Assembly (NCBI GenBank): GCA_009926865.1
Contig: RFOD01000002.1
Coordinates: 28,576-92,575, forward strand
Reading direction: 5' to 3'
From: Gammaproteobacteria bacterium
GTDB taxonomy: Bacteria; Pseudomonadota; Gammaproteobacteria; Steroidobacterales; Steroidobacteraceae
DNA: 64,000 nucleotides
The position numbers were made by a program, and so were the translations under genes. Positions 28,558 to 38,778 of the stretch are shown here, one piece after another; position 1 is the first letter of the stretch; each line of letters starts with the position of its first letter. The notes below the pieces were generated by a model. The model was given only the letters and a program-made list of their open reading frames with translations, was not told the DNA's origin and searched no databases.

Positions 28558-29976
28558 ATGACGCACTCTCATATGCCCGCTAACTTGTTGGATCCTCGTT
28601 CGGCTGACTTTGCAGGTCACATACCGCTGCTGGTGGTGGGCGGTGGAGGGTGCGGATTGACGGCAGCCTTGGCGGCGCAACAAGCTGGCACCGACGTTTT
28701 GGTCCTCGAGCGCGATAGTTCAGCGCTCGGCACCACAGCCATGTCTACCGGATTAATACCGGCTGCGGGTACGCGCATGCAGCGCGAAAAAGGAATTGAG
28801 GACTCCCCTGAGTTATTTGCTCAAGACATCGTGAGCAAAGCGAAGGGGCAGACGGACGAACAGATCGCCTTAGCACTCGCGCAGGCATCGGCTCGTACCA
28901 TCGAGTGGATGGTAGATGATCATCAGGTGCCCCTTTCTTTGGTTGATAGTTTTTTGTATCCCGGACATAGCGTCAAGCGGATGCATGGGTCGCCCAATCG
29001 CACGGGCTCAGAGTTGATGGGCTCTTTGTCCGCGGCGGTAGAGCGTCGTGGTATCGATGTGCTCACTGAGGCGCTGGTGACCGACCTATTTGCCGATGCC
29101 GCTGACCAACGAGTTCGTGGAGTACGTGTACTGCGCCCTGATGGATCGCATGAGGATTTGTCGTGTGATGCGCTGATGCTGGCGTGCTGTGGATTTGCGG
29201 GCAATACGGAGATGGTTCGGGAATATATCCCTGAGATCGAAGGCGCTACTTTCTTTGGCCATCCGGGCAATAAAGGCGATGCTATCCGTTGGGGTTTAGC
29301 GCTCGGTGCCGCCGTGCGTGATATTCATAGCTATCAAGGCCATGGTGGGTTAGCTGCTGGGCGCGGCATCCCAATTCTTTGGCCGCTGATCATGGAGGGT
29401 GGCTTTCAAGTCAATGTCGCGGGCGAGCGTTTCTCGAATGAGGCTCGTGGCTATTCTGAGCAAGCCGTCGATGTCGTAGCCCAACCGGGGCATGTCGCCT
29501 GGGATATCTACGATCAGCGATTGCACGAGCTGATGTTGGAATTCGATGATTATCGGGACGCGGTCGAGGCACGGGCCTTGATACAAGCCCAGTCGATCGC
29601 AGAGCTCGCGGCGCTGTGTGGTATCGACCCGCAGGGACTACAACGCACCACAGATGCGGTGGCGCAATGTGTACGCGGTGAGCAGGCTGATCGCTTTGGC
29701 CGAGACTTCACGGGTAAACCTGAACTATGCGCACCTTATTTTGCAGTCAAGGTGACAGGCGCCCTGTTTCATACCCAAGGGGGACTCGCAGTGGATGCGA
29801 GTGGCCGCGTACTACGTGAGGATGGTGTTGCGCTGCCTAATCTGTTCGCAGGGGGCGGCGCTGCGCGCGGGATCTCTGGACCGTCGAGCTGGGGATATAT
29901 GGCAGGTAATGGTTTGTTGACAGCGACGACTTTTGGTCGCTTGGCGGGTGAGACTGCGGCAGCTCTGCTTCGTTAA
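28558..29976 (+). CDS. FAD-binding dehydrogenase (fumarate reductase flavoprotein / KstD-like family)
   Basis: Dinucleotide motif LLVVGGGGCGLTAALAA. C-terminal FHTQGGL ... PNLFAGGGAARG. The start is ambiguous; ATG 28558 was chosen. Confidence 0.83.
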   Translation: MTHSHMPANLLDPRSADFAGHIPLLVVGGGGCGLTAALAAQQAGTDVLVLERDSSALGTTAMSTGLIPAAGTRMQREKGIEDSPELFAQDIVSKAKGQTDEQIALALAQASARTIEWMVDDHQVPLSLVDSFLYPGHSVKRMHGSPNRTGSELMGSLSAAVERRGIDVLTEALVTDLFADAADQRVRGVRVLRPDGSHEDLSCDALMLACCGFAGNTEMVREYIPEIEGATFFGHPGNKGDAIRWGLALGAAVRDIHSYQGHGGLAAGRGIPILWPLIMEGGFQVNVAGERFSNEARGYSEQAVDVVAQPGHVAWDIYDQRLHELMLEFDDYRDAVEARALIQAQSIAELAALCGIDPQGLQRTTDAVAQCVRGEQADRFGRDFTGKPELCAPYFAVKVTGALFHTQGGLAVDASGRVLREDGVALPNLFAGGGAARGISGPSSWGYMAGNGLLTATTFGRLAGETAAALLR

Positions 29977-30042
29977 TAAATATAAAAGATAATGACGATC
30001 CAAGATCAGTGCCGATATCGGATGTGCTCTGATCAAGAAAAA

Positions 30043-30078
30043 GGCCCGAAGTTCATTTGAACTCCGGGCCTTCGTTTT
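30043..30078. terminator. Bidirectional intrinsic terminator between convergent genes
   Basis: Hairpin GGCCCGaAGTTCA-ttt-GAACTcCGGGCC, flanked by GAAAAA on the 5' side and TTCGTTTT on the 3' side. A second small hairpin (GCCGCC-gccag-GGCGGC) lies at about 30081..30097. Confidence 0.65.
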
Positions 30079-30117
30079 AGGCCGCCGCCAGGGCGGCGAT
30101 CCTACAGCGATGGTGTT

Positions 30118-32334
30118 TTAGTTCATGCTGTAGTTGACGGTGAACATGTATTCACGCGGGCGAGTCGGAATGAACCCACCCAGGAATCCACGGGAACCGG
30201 TCTGTAGGACGTATTTATCCGTGAAGTTCTTTACGGCACCGCGCACCGACAAGCTGTCGCTGAGCTGCAATGCGATGAAAGCATTGCCAATGCCGTGTGC
30301 TTTGACTTTGAATTCTTGCGTTGCTGAGGTGATGTAGTCATCGGTTTGGAACCAGTCCGCACCGACAGTCATTTCACCCAGTGCTGTGTCGAAGCTGTAG
30401 TCAAAGCCGAAGTTAACGGAGAAATCAGGTGTCTGCGGCACCACAGGAGAGACCCCGTAGCTGGCCAAAGAATTCGCAGGCGCGCTGGTCGGGTTGAGCG
30501 ACTTGAAGCTGCCATCCATCAGGCCTGTGCCGCTTAAGAACAGCGTCAGACCGTCGGTGGGGACTGCCGTGATTTCGAACTCTAAGCCCTTGACCTCAGC
30601 CTTACCCGCATTGGTGACCGGGAAGGTGGCAAGACCGTCAACAATGACTTGCGCGTTCAGCGTTAGATCATCCGTATTCGAGATGAAGTAGTTGGCATTC
30701 ACACGCAGACGATTGTTGAACAAGTCCGACTTCATGCCGAGCTCGTACGTGGTGTTGTTTTCCGGTGTGTAGGGCGACAACGCGTCGTTAAAATTGAAAA
30801 TCGCGATGCCGTTGTAGCCGCCGGACTTGAAGCCCTGGGCCGCCGAGACGTAGAGCAGCAAGCGATCAATGTTTTCACTTTCAGTCGGGACGGTGTAATC
30901 CAATCCAAACCGACCGGTGCCTTCCGAGTAAGTGTTTAAGTGTTCCACTAAGCCTGTCGCTGGAACAAAAGGCAGCGGTGTCACACCGGCAAAGTTCATA
31001 CGGAAGTCTTTGTCATCTTCCGTATAGCGATAACCCAGCGTGAGTTTCAGCGCGTCGCTGACTTGATAATCAAACTGGGTAAACGCAGAGATCGATGACG
31101 TATCGATGTTCAACAAGCTCTGCGAGATAGGCAGGATGGGAAACACACCTGGGAAGTAAGAGTTCCAAGCGAAAGCCTGGGTCGCTTCTTCACGGAATAG
31201 ATACACACCCACCAAATAATTCAGCTTGCCGTCCATACCAGACCCCGACAGTTGCAGCTCCTGGCTGAACTGTTCGGCATCGGCTTCGTTGGAAGCTTCA
31301 ATATTGCCATTGCCGCTGAAGTCGTTGGTGAAGTAGTCCTTAGTTTTGACATAGCCCGTGATCGAGCGCAGCACCATATCGCCAAAGTCATACCCAATGT
31401 TCAAAGAACCAATGGTTTGCTTAGTGGTGCCAATCGGGTAGTTACGAAGGCCATTCGGGCGATCGAGCTCTGGCGTGTTCAGCGCATAGTTACCAAACTG
31501 CGGAACAAGATCGTCCGAGGTGAACTGTCGATTCGCCGCGACGTTGGGGGTTTGCGCTGGGATCAGCTGACCACCATCGTTCAGCGCATCGGCGTGCGAG
31601 ACGGTCAGCGTGACATCCAGATTTTCGATGCCGGTGTAACGCAGCTTGCCACGCATGGCCCAGTTACGCTCTTTGCCCGTCGCCTCGTCTTTGGTCGGAT
31701 GAACGCTGTAGAACTGAGGCCCTTTGTAGGATTTAAATGCAGAGAAAGACCCTGCCCAGCCGTCACTACCGATCGGACCACCCGCGCTGAAGCTGATGCG
31801 GTATTGGTCAAAGTTACCGGCGCCTGCGCTGGCGTTTAACCAGCTCTCTTCGCCCGGATTACGGGACATAAATTTGATGGCACCTGCGAGCGTGTTACGG
31901 CCGTACAGTGTGCCCTGCGGGCCGCGCAGAACTTCAACGCGCTCAATATCCGCCAAAGTAATGTTGTTACCGTTTAAGCGGGCGAGATAGACATCATCAA
32001 CATAAATACCAAACGGTGATTCAGCGACTACCAGTGACGCATCCTGCTGCAACGAACCACGCAGCGACGGTGACAGGTTAGTCGGCGTCGTGATGTTATT
32101 GAACATCTTCAATGAGGGCGCAAACCGCGCGAGATCACGCGCTTCGGTAACTTGTTTATCCTCGAGTGCTTCGGCCGTGATGGCTGTCACAGGTACCGGC
32201 ACGGTTTGGAGCGACGCTTCGCGACGTTCCGCGGTGACAACGATTTCTTCTAGGCCACCTGCCTGATTTTGAGCATAGCCACTAACTGGCAATGCGGCGA
32301 TGACAGCGAGATGCAACAGACGATTCTTCGGCAT
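30118..32334 (-). CDS. TonB-dependent outer-membrane receptor
   Basis: Signal peptide. Plug-domain motifs (LEEIVVTAERRE, IERVEVLRGPQGTLYGRNTLAGAI). Long beta-barrel ending in an aromatic-rich C-terminus. Confidence 0.93.
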   Translation of the reverse strand: MPKNRLLHLAVIAALPVSGYAQNQAGGLEEIVVTAERREASLQTVPVPVTAITAEALEDKQVTEARDLARFAPSLKMFNNITTPTNLSPSLRGSLQQDASLVVAESPFGIYVDDVYLARLNGNNITLADIERVEVLRGPQGTLYGRNTLAGAIKFMSRNPGEESWLNASAGAGNFDQYRISFSAGGPIGSDGWAGSFSAFKSYKGPQFYSVHPTKDEATGKERNWAMRGKLRYTGIENLDVTLTVSHADALNDGGQLIPAQTPNVAANRQFTSDDLVPQFGNYALNTPELDRPNGLRNYPIGTTKQTIGSLNIGYDFGDMVLRSITGYVKTKDYFTNDFSGNGNIEASNEADAEQFSQELQLSGSGMDGKLNYLVGVYLFREEATQAFAWNSYFPGVFPILPISQSLLNIDTSSISAFTQFDYQVSDALKLTLGYRYTEDDKDFRMNFAGVTPLPFVPATGLVEHLNTYSEGTGRFGLDYTVPTESENIDRLLLYVSAAQGFKSGGYNGIAIFNFNDALSPYTPENNTTYELGMKSDLFNNRLRVNANYFISNTDDLTLNAQVIVDGLATFPVTNAGKAEVKGLEFEITAVPTDGLTLFLSGTGLMDGSFKSLNPTSAPANSLASYGVSPVVPQTPDFSVNFGFDYSFDTALGEMTVGADWFQTDDYITSATQEFKVKAHGIGNAFIALQLSDSLSVRGAVKNFTDKYVLQTGSRGFLGGFIPTRPREYMFTVNYSMN

Positions 32335-32615
32335 GAAACGATCCCCATGAGTGTGTGAATCCTTGATACGGCTCCCTGCGTCCTACGCACAAACCGACAC
32401 CATCGAATTTATCAAACAAATGGGGCGGAAGGGCAGATTGTGTTGCAGCAGGCCCGACCATGTTGCGAATTCACAACAAATATGTATCCAAACTGGATTC
32501 ATATCGCACCTGAGCCCATTTCGAAACGAATAGGGTGCGCGCACTATCGTGAGATGAGTTCGCGGATGCCTGAGTTAGCAACTGAATTTCCAAGACAAAA
32601 CACTGGTGTGGGGTC

Positions 32616-33887
32616 ATGAGTCTTGCCCCTCAGTTGGTGTCATCTCGCTTGAGTCGTTTGCCTCAAGACGAGATCCACGTCGTTCGACAGCCCATCTTTG
32701 ACCGCCAACAGCGGGTCTTAGCCTACGAGCTGATTCATGGTGTCGCGGGGGAGGCGCCCAGTGAGTCCCTAAGTGCGACGGCGAGTGCGGCACGAGTCGT
32801 TCTTGCTGCGGTGACCGAGATTGGACTCGAGCGCTTGGTGGGTCGAGCGACGGCGCACTTCGCCTTACCACTAGAGCTCGCTCGCGACGGCTTCAGTTGG
32901 CCGCTCCCGCCTGATCAGACCGTCCTCAACTTAGCGGCCGATATCGTCCCAGACGAAGTGGGTGATTCAGCGTTGCTGGAAAACTTAGCTATCTGGCGCG
33001 CCGAGGGTTTTCGTCTGGCGGCTCGACTGCCCATTGACTACGCGCTCCAAGCACACCCTGGCATTTTCTCGCTATGCCAGATGATCCGATTAGACATGAC
33101 GGATCGTAATCCAGCGGATTATGTGGATACCGTTCGGCATTTACGTGAGCACCGCACCTATCTGATTGCAGACAACCTGTCGGACATCGCCCAGTTCAAT
33201 GTTTGTCGGGATATGGGGTTTCGTGGCTTTCACGGAACTTTTTTGCAGCAACCCGAGGCATTCCCCACCCGTGGTTCTGCCGCCCCAAAGAACTCTCGTC
33301 TCGAAGTCTTGGCTGCCCTGCAATCGCCGGATTATTCGATTGGCCAGATTGTCTCGCTAGTTTCGCGGGACCTTGATTTGGTCCATCGTATTTTGAGGAT
33401 CTTAAATTCTTCGTACTATTCTTTTGATGTGGAAGTCACCTCGATTTCGCACGGCATCAATTTATTGGGTCGCGATAAGTTGCTGCGCTTATGTTCGATG
33501 CTGGTCTTGGCTGCCTATAGAGATCGACCACCCTGGTTATTGGGTAACGTCTTGCTTCGGGCGAGGATGTGCGAGAGCCTGCGTCGCGGCACAGAAATTG
33601 AAATAGGCGCCTTATTTATCACTGGCATGCTGTCTCATCTGGATGCTTTGCTTGGGGAGCCGATTGCTACGGCTATTCGTGACCTTAAGCTCGCGGAGCC
33701 CGTCCGCGCTGCATTGCTACACCGCGAAGGTGAGATCGGCGATATCTTATCTTTGGTCGAGGCTTATGAGAGTGGGCAGTGGGATATTGTCGATCAGAGC
33801 GAGCTCGCTTCACCTGCTGATTTGCGCGAAGCTTATCTTGAAGCCTTAGCTTGGGCTGAGGATGCACTGAGCGTACAAGCTGATTGA
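32616..33887 (+). CDS. EAL-like plus HDOD domain signalling protein
   Basis: N-terminal VRQPIFDRQQRVLAYELI (start of an EAL domain). The C-terminal HDOD-like region has ILRILNSSYYSF ... ISHGINLLG. Confidence 0.75.
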   Translation: MSLAPQLVSSRLSRLPQDEIHVVRQPIFDRQQRVLAYELIHGVAGEAPSESLSATASAARVVLAAVTEIGLERLVGRATAHFALPLELARDGFSWPLPPDQTVLNLAADIVPDEVGDSALLENLAIWRAEGFRLAARLPIDYALQAHPGIFSLCQMIRLDMTDRNPADYVDTVRHLREHRTYLIADNLSDIAQFNVCRDMGFRGFHGTFLQQPEAFPTRGSAAPKNSRLEVLAALQSPDYSIGQIVSLVSRDLDLVHRILRILNSSYYSFDVEVTSISHGINLLGRDKLLRLCSMLVLAAYRDRPPWLLGNVLLRARMCESLRRGTEIEIGALFITGMLSHLDALLGEPIATAIRDLKLAEPVRAALLHREGEIGDILSLVEAYESGQWDIVDQSELASPADLREAYLEALAWAEDALSVQAD

Positions 33888-33958
33888 TGTCAGTCTCAGT
33901 CCATAAGTAGATTGACCACAACCCGAAAGGCTATAGACCTGACTCGGCTCTTAATCTA

Positions 33959-35005
33959 TCAGCAGAGCTTAATAACGACCTTGCCGGTGTTACGTCCGCT
34001 GAGTAAAAACTCTACTGCGTCCGAAACTTGCTCGAGCCCATCAAAAGTCTGGGGCTCCACCCAAGCCTGAAGACGGCCGCGATAGTATAGATCTAAAATA
34101 CGTTCAGCCGCTTCATCAAAGAACTCGGGGAAGCTTTGATTTTGAAAGCCACGAATCGATGCGGACTTCCAATAAAGCTTTCGGTACATGCGAGGATGCG
34201 GAATATTCTCTACGGGTTTGTCGAAGTCCGATGTATGACCACTTATGACAAGTCGGCCGCGCATGGCTAGGTGATCAACGAAAATATCAAAGATTTCGCC
34301 GCCTGCCGAATCGTAGGCCACATCGAGGCCATCCGGATATTCCTTGGCGAGAATATCTCGTAGATTATCTTGCTTGTAATTGATGACTCGGTCAGCGCCG
34401 AGCTGACTCAGTAGCGCACGTTTTTCTTCGCTACCCGTCAGCGCAATAACGTGACAGCCACGTAGCTTCGCCAGCTGCACAACAAAATGTCCGAGCCCCC
34501 CGGCGGCTGCCGACACCGCCACCGTGTCACCCGGACGTACTTCGCCGATACGCTCTAAGCCGACCATGGCCGAAATGCCGCTTGGAATAAGCGCGAGAAT
34601 TTCCGGGCTCGCTTCGCGGATCTTGAGCGGTTTAGATGCCTCGACCCGTTGATACTCTCTATAACCATTGCCGAGTCGGCTGACCGCGACGGTATCGCCA
34701 GCTGCGAGTCGAGTAACCCCGGCGCCGACCGCCACAACCTCACCGACCGCCTCGATCCCCATGTCAAAGGGTGGTTGGACGTCAACGTAGCGGATGGCAT
34801 TTCGACAAAGATTCTTGTCGAAAATAGCATTACAGCCGGCATAGTGATTACGCACGATGACTTCTCCGGCGGCGGGATCTTGCCAGGCTTGTTCCACGAT
34901 ATGGGTGGAGTTGCGAAAATCACCGGTGAGCTGCTGGATGATCAGTTTGCGATAAGAGCTTGGGTGCGGCATCAGGGCTTTTGATTTGGCGGCTGGAGTA
35001 GACAA
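33959..35005 (-). CDS. MDR-superfamily NAD(P)H-dependent oxidoreductase
   Basis: GIEAVGEVVAVG and nucleotide-binding VSAAAGGLGHFVVQLAK. No structural-Zn Cys cluster. Confidence 0.82.
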   Translation of the reverse strand: MSTPAAKSKALMPHPSSYRKLIIQQLTGDFRNSTHIVEQAWQDPAAGEVIVRNHYAGCNAIFDKNLCRNAIRYVDVQPPFDMGIEAVGEVVAVGAGVTRLAAGDTVAVSRLGNGYREYQRVEASKPLKIREASPEILALIPSGISAMVGLERIGEVRPGDTVAVSAAAGGLGHFVVQLAKLRGCHVIALTGSEEKRALLSQLGADRVINYKQDNLRDILAKEYPDGLDVAYDSAGGEIFDIFVDHLAMRGRLVISGHTSDFDKPVENIPHPRMYRKLYWKSASIRGFQNQSFPEFFDEAAERILDLYYRGRLQAWVEPQTFDGLEQVSDAVEFLLSGRNTGKVVIKLC

Positions 35006-35093
35006 GGGTAGATTGCGAACTTGCCCTCGTCCACGCGAATAGCGTGAGTGAGGGGGCAGGCTTTTACCAGAACGTGCAGCAAGAGGTTATGTC

Positions 35094-35822
35094 ATGCCGA
35101 CAGTATTGGTGACCGGCGCATCGCGCGGCCTAGGGCTCGAGTTGACTCGGCAGTATGCAGAGGCACCAGAGGGATGGCGGATTTTAGCTTGCGTACGTGC
35201 GCCGTCGAGTGCGACCGCTCTGCAAGCGCTGGCTGACAGTGCCGCCGGCCGTATTAGCATTCACGCGCTGGATGTCGAGGATCATTCCTCCATCGAGCGT
35301 CTCGGATCTGAGTTGGCCGGTGAATCGATCGACGTGTTGATTAACTCGGCGGGCACGATGGGTCGCCGTAGCTTTGCTGAAGAGGGTAAGCAGTTTGGTC
35401 GGTTTGGCGATTCAGACTACGAGGATTGGGCGCAGGTGTTTCGTCTCAATGTCATGGGTCCCATGAAAATGGCCGAAACCTTTGTAGAGCATGTCGCTCG
35501 TTCCGATCAAAAAAAGCTCATTACTTTGAGCAGTATTTTGGGCTCGATCGAAAAAAATACAATTGGGGGTTTGTACGCGTATCGGGCGAGCAAATCGGCG
35601 GTTAATGCCATCATGCGCTCGATGGCCATCGACTTAGCCCGCAGTCACGGCATCATCGCGACCGCCTTGCATCCAGGTTGGGTACGTACGGATATGGGTG
35701 GCCCCAATGCGGATATCGATGCTGTAGAGAGTGCAGCCGGCATGCGCCGAGTGATTGCGGGTCTCGATGCATCCAAGGCTGGCCGATATTGGGTCTACGA
35801 CGGCAGCGAATTACCGTGGTAA
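35094..35822 (+). CDS. Short-chain dehydrogenase/reductase (SDR)
   Basis: TGASRGLG cofactor motif, NSAG, catalytic YRASKSAVN. Confidence 0.9.
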   Translation: MPTVLVTGASRGLGLELTRQYAEAPEGWRILACVRAPSSATALQALADSAAGRISIHALDVEDHSSIERLGSELAGESIDVLINSAGTMGRRSFAEEGKQFGRFGDSDYEDWAQVFRLNVMGPMKMAETFVEHVARSDQKKLITLSSILGSIEKNTIGGLYAYRASKSAVNAIMRSMAIDLARSHGIIATALHPGWVRTDMGGPNADIDAVESAAGMRRVIAGLDASKAGRYWVYDGSELPW

Positions 35823-35884
35823 TCGCGACCCTCGTAACGGCCGCCACCTTATTCTTTTAGATGCTTTGAGAAAAAGGGCGGCCT

Positions 35885-36673
35885 TTAGTCGCTATACATG
35901 CCCCACATCGTGCGGCGGCTCGGGTCATACGCAGCGTAGGTTTTGCCAATCGTCGCCGGATTGCCGAGCGCCTCAACCGCTAAGTTCGCCAAATCTGTAC
36001 GTGCGATGTAGCTGAATGCCTGCGGATCTTCGGCAAGTACAGCGGTGCCGCTGGCTTGTCGATCGGTGAGGCCGCCCGGACGGATGATCGTGTAGTCAAG
36101 GCCGCTTGCCCGCAAATGATCTTCTGCTTGAGTTTTGAGTGTGATGACTTCGCGTAGGAAGTTTCGGGCCGGTAATGGAGCGGCATCGTAGGAGTCTCCC
36201 GCTCCGACTACGGTAATGAAGATGAACCGTTGAGTCCCTGCCTCGACGGCCGCATCAATCACATTTCGATTGCCAATGTAATCGGGCCGTTTGGCTTGAT
36301 CTCCGCGGGTGGTGCCGAGCGTCGAGATCACTGTAGCAAAGTTGCCGGCTTGAAACGCGGTGCGGACTTCCTCGGCGTTGAGAGCATCCGCCACAACAGT
36401 TGTGACTCCCAGAGCTTCGAGTTCGCGGGTATCAGAGGTAGCGCGAACGGCTACGGTCACATCCTCGCCTTTGGCCACTAACTGCCGAACGATACCTAGT
36501 CCAGTGGCTCGAGTGCCACCAAAGACTAAAATGTTGCCTTGCGGAGACTCATAGTTTGAACGAGCCTCGTGGCTCGAGCCACTAAACCAAAACACGTAGG
36601 AAGCAACTAGAAGGCCAAGGGCGACCACCAAGGTTAGCAGGCCTTTTAGGATCCACTTGATTGCTTTCATCAT
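35885..36673 (-). CDS. NAD(P)H-binding (NmrA/atypical SDR-like) protein with N-terminal TM anchor
   Basis: Start at ATG 36673, preceded by GAGGAG. TM helix (LLTLVVALGLLVASYVFWF), then VFGGTRATGLGIVRQL, a Rossmann motif. Confidence 0.78.
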   Translation of the reverse strand: MMKAIKWILKGLLTLVVALGLLVASYVFWFSGSSHEARSNYESPQGNILVFGGTRATGLGIVRQLVAKGEDVTVAVRATSDTRELEALGVTTVVADALNAEEVRTAFQAGNFATVISTLGTTRGDQAKRPDYIGNRNVIDAAVEAGTQRFIFITVVGAGDSYDAAPLPARNFLREVITLKTQAEDHLRASGLDYTIIRPGGLTDRQASGTAVLAEDPQAFSYIARTDLANLAVEALGNPATIGKTYAAYDPSRRTMWGMYSD

Positions 36674-36693
36674 GACTTTCTCCTCTTCGGCGC

Positions 36694-38778
36694 TTACGGT
36701 ACCTCGGGCGGTGCGAAGCGCTCGATCCAATCTCGTACGGTCTGATACCAGAATATCGAGTTTTGCGGACTGAGAATCCAATGATTTTCATCCGGATAAT
36801 AGATGAGCTTAGACTCAACACCGCGTTTTTGTAAGGTGTTGAAGAGCTCAAATCCATGATTCACGGGGACGCGCAGATCGTTCTGTCCGTGGATCACTAA
36901 GGTCGGGGTATTAAAGTTTGCCGCTTGGGTGTGTGGGGAGTAGCGAGCAAACTCCTGTGGTCGTTGCCAGAACTCGAAAAAGCGCGCTTTCTCCCCGCCA
37001 TAGTCGGCGCCAATTTGGGTGTACAGGTTGTACACCGCAGCATGAGCAATCAGCGCCTTAAAAGGGTGTGGTCTTCCGAGTAGAGTGCTCGCTAAAAACC
37101 CCCCGTAACTACCGCCACCCGCTACCATCCGCTCGGGATCAATGAAATCTTTCGCTGCAAAATATTGTGCAGCACGCAACGTATCCTCGTAGGGCTTGCT
37201 GACCCAATCTGGGTTGATCGAGTCAGCAAATGATTGTCCAAAGCCGCTGGAGCCATGAAAGTTATGCCAAGCGACGACATAACCCCAACTCGCGAATACT
37301 TGTGCATTCCAGCGCCACTGTACTGCGTCTTGAATGGCGTTGTGTGGGCCGCCATGTAAAAGGAGGAAGAGCGGATACTTTTTTTGTGGATCGAAGCCCG
37401 GTGGGTAAATCACCCACATCTGTACAGGATGCTCGCCTGAGCCTGCGTAGTTGACACTTTCCACCGCGCCCATTTTGACGGTTGAGAGCGCCGCGTCGTT
37501 GAAGGAACTGAGCGCCTCACTGCGTCCAGACCGCAGATCCAAGCGGACGAGCGTAGGGGGTTCAGAAAAACTTTGACGAAGGGCAACAGCAGTTGGTGCA
37601 GGTCCGGGTATTTTAGCGATCGAAAGTGACCCGAAACTCGATTGTTGGGTAATCGGGGCGGGTTTGCCAGGTCTTTGTAGATCAAATCGGTAGACGCGCT
37701 GAGTTGCCGCATCATCGATCGTACTGAATAGGGCAGTTGAGTCAGCGCGCCAGATCGGTTCGCCGACTGATCGATCCCAGTCCAAAGATAAATCAATGGA
37801 GTCACGGTTGAGGGTGCGAGAGTGCAGTTTTAAACGTCGTCGATCAGCATAAAACCCTTTGAGCGACTGGGCGGAGTACGCAAGCCAGCGCCCATCTGGG
37901 CTGTAGCGTGGTGTGTCATCGTCCGCAGGGTTATCAGCCGTCAGTCGCACGGCCGGTTTGCAGCCGCAACTGGCAGTTGCGATCAAGTCGAGATTGGGAT
38001 CAACGCCACTAAGGTCGACATCGGCGACAAAGGTGATTTCATCGCCATCCGGTGAAATGTCATAAGACGTGTCGGAGTAAGAGGTTTTGGGTAAATGAAA
38101 ACCGCTGAGTCGAGTGACGGCTGTGGGTTCGCGGCCGTTGAGATCTGTCCAAAAAATATGCGGTTGTCGGTCGTCAAGGAAATGATCCCAGTAGCTGATG
38201 GGCGCCTTATCCCAGACTCGCGCCGTCATCTTGGGCTCTTTACGCTCTTCCAGCCGTGCCGCTTGATCTTCCCAGCGAACGAGATCGGGCCAGATGCTGG
38301 AGACAAAAGCAATTCGATCGCCATCGTTAAACCATCTGGGTGCCTCGACACCAGTTGGAATATCGGTTAGACGGCGCGCCTCGCCACCGGTCATCGGTAA
38401 CACGTAGAGTTGAGGCGCCTCATCGTCATCTCGCTGTGCGACAAAGGCTAAATACCGTCCATTAGGGCTGAAGCGCGGATTTTTTTCTGCAGCGGGATCT
38501 GAGGTGAGGGGCTCGGCCGCTCCGCCAGCGACAGGGATGCGCCAAAGATCGGTGAGCGTCGCGTTGGATTGCGCGTCATATTGGGTGACACTCACCACAG
38601 CAATCTCGCCATTCGGTGAAATGACCGCATCGCTCAGTCTGCCAAGCGACCACATTTTTTCTGCAGACAGTGTTTCAGGCGCCGTTTGAGTCAGGTCGGG
38701 CTCTTTGGCAGAGGTGTAATTCAAAGAAATCGCAGCAGTCACTACCAAGATCCAGCTGTAGGCATGGGTGTTCTTCAT
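36694..38778 (-). CDS. S9-family serine peptidase (prolyl oligopeptidase/acylaminoacyl peptidase) with TolB-like beta-propeller
   Basis: Signal peptide. Repeated SPDG/SPNG propeller motifs. Nucleophile GGGSYGGF. C-terminal HGQNDLRVP and DENH. Confidence 0.9.
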   Translation of the reverse strand: MKNTHAYSWILVVTAAISLNYTSAKEPDLTQTAPETLSAEKMWSLGRLSDAVISPNGEIAVVSVTQYDAQSNATLTDLWRIPVAGGAAEPLTSDPAAEKNPRFSPNGRYLAFVAQRDDDEAPQLYVLPMTGGEARRLTDIPTGVEAPRWFNDGDRIAFVSSIWPDLVRWEDQAARLEERKEPKMTARVWDKAPISYWDHFLDDRQPHIFWTDLNGREPTAVTRLSGFHLPKTSYSDTSYDISPDGDEITFVADVDLSGVDPNLDLIATASCGCKPAVRLTADNPADDDTPRYSPDGRWLAYSAQSLKGFYADRRRLKLHSRTLNRDSIDLSLDWDRSVGEPIWRADSTALFSTIDDAATQRVYRFDLQRPGKPAPITQQSSFGSLSIAKIPGPAPTAVALRQSFSEPPTLVRLDLRSGRSEALSSFNDAALSTVKMGAVESVNYAGSGEHPVQMWVIYPPGFDPQKKYPLFLLLHGGPHNAIQDAVQWRWNAQVFASWGYVVAWHNFHGSSGFGQSFADSINPDWVSKPYEDTLRAAQYFAAKDFIDPERMVAGGGSYGGFLASTLLGRPHPFKALIAHAAVYNLYTQIGADYGGEKARFFEFWQRPQEFARYSPHTQAANFNTPTLVIHGQNDLRVPVNHGFELFNTLQKRGVESKLIYYPDENHWILSPQNSIFWYQTVRDWIERFAPPEVP

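Noticed and set aside
32335-32615. Possible riboswitch or operator in the 280-bp region between the TonB-dependent receptor and the EAL/HDOD gene. It includes an imperfect 14-bp palindrome, TTGCGAATTCACAA, at about 32463..32476.
   Set aside because: I could not recognise conserved riboswitch cores (for example the cobalamin B12 box) or a Fur-box-like consensus by eye. A single imperfect palindrome is not sufficient evidence.
35839-35883. Possible terminator between the convergent SDR (35094..35822) and the NmrA-like gene: GGCCGCC ... GGCGGCC.
   Set aside because: The two 7-nt arms are separated by a ~31-nt loop, which is too long for a convincing intrinsic terminator hairpin.
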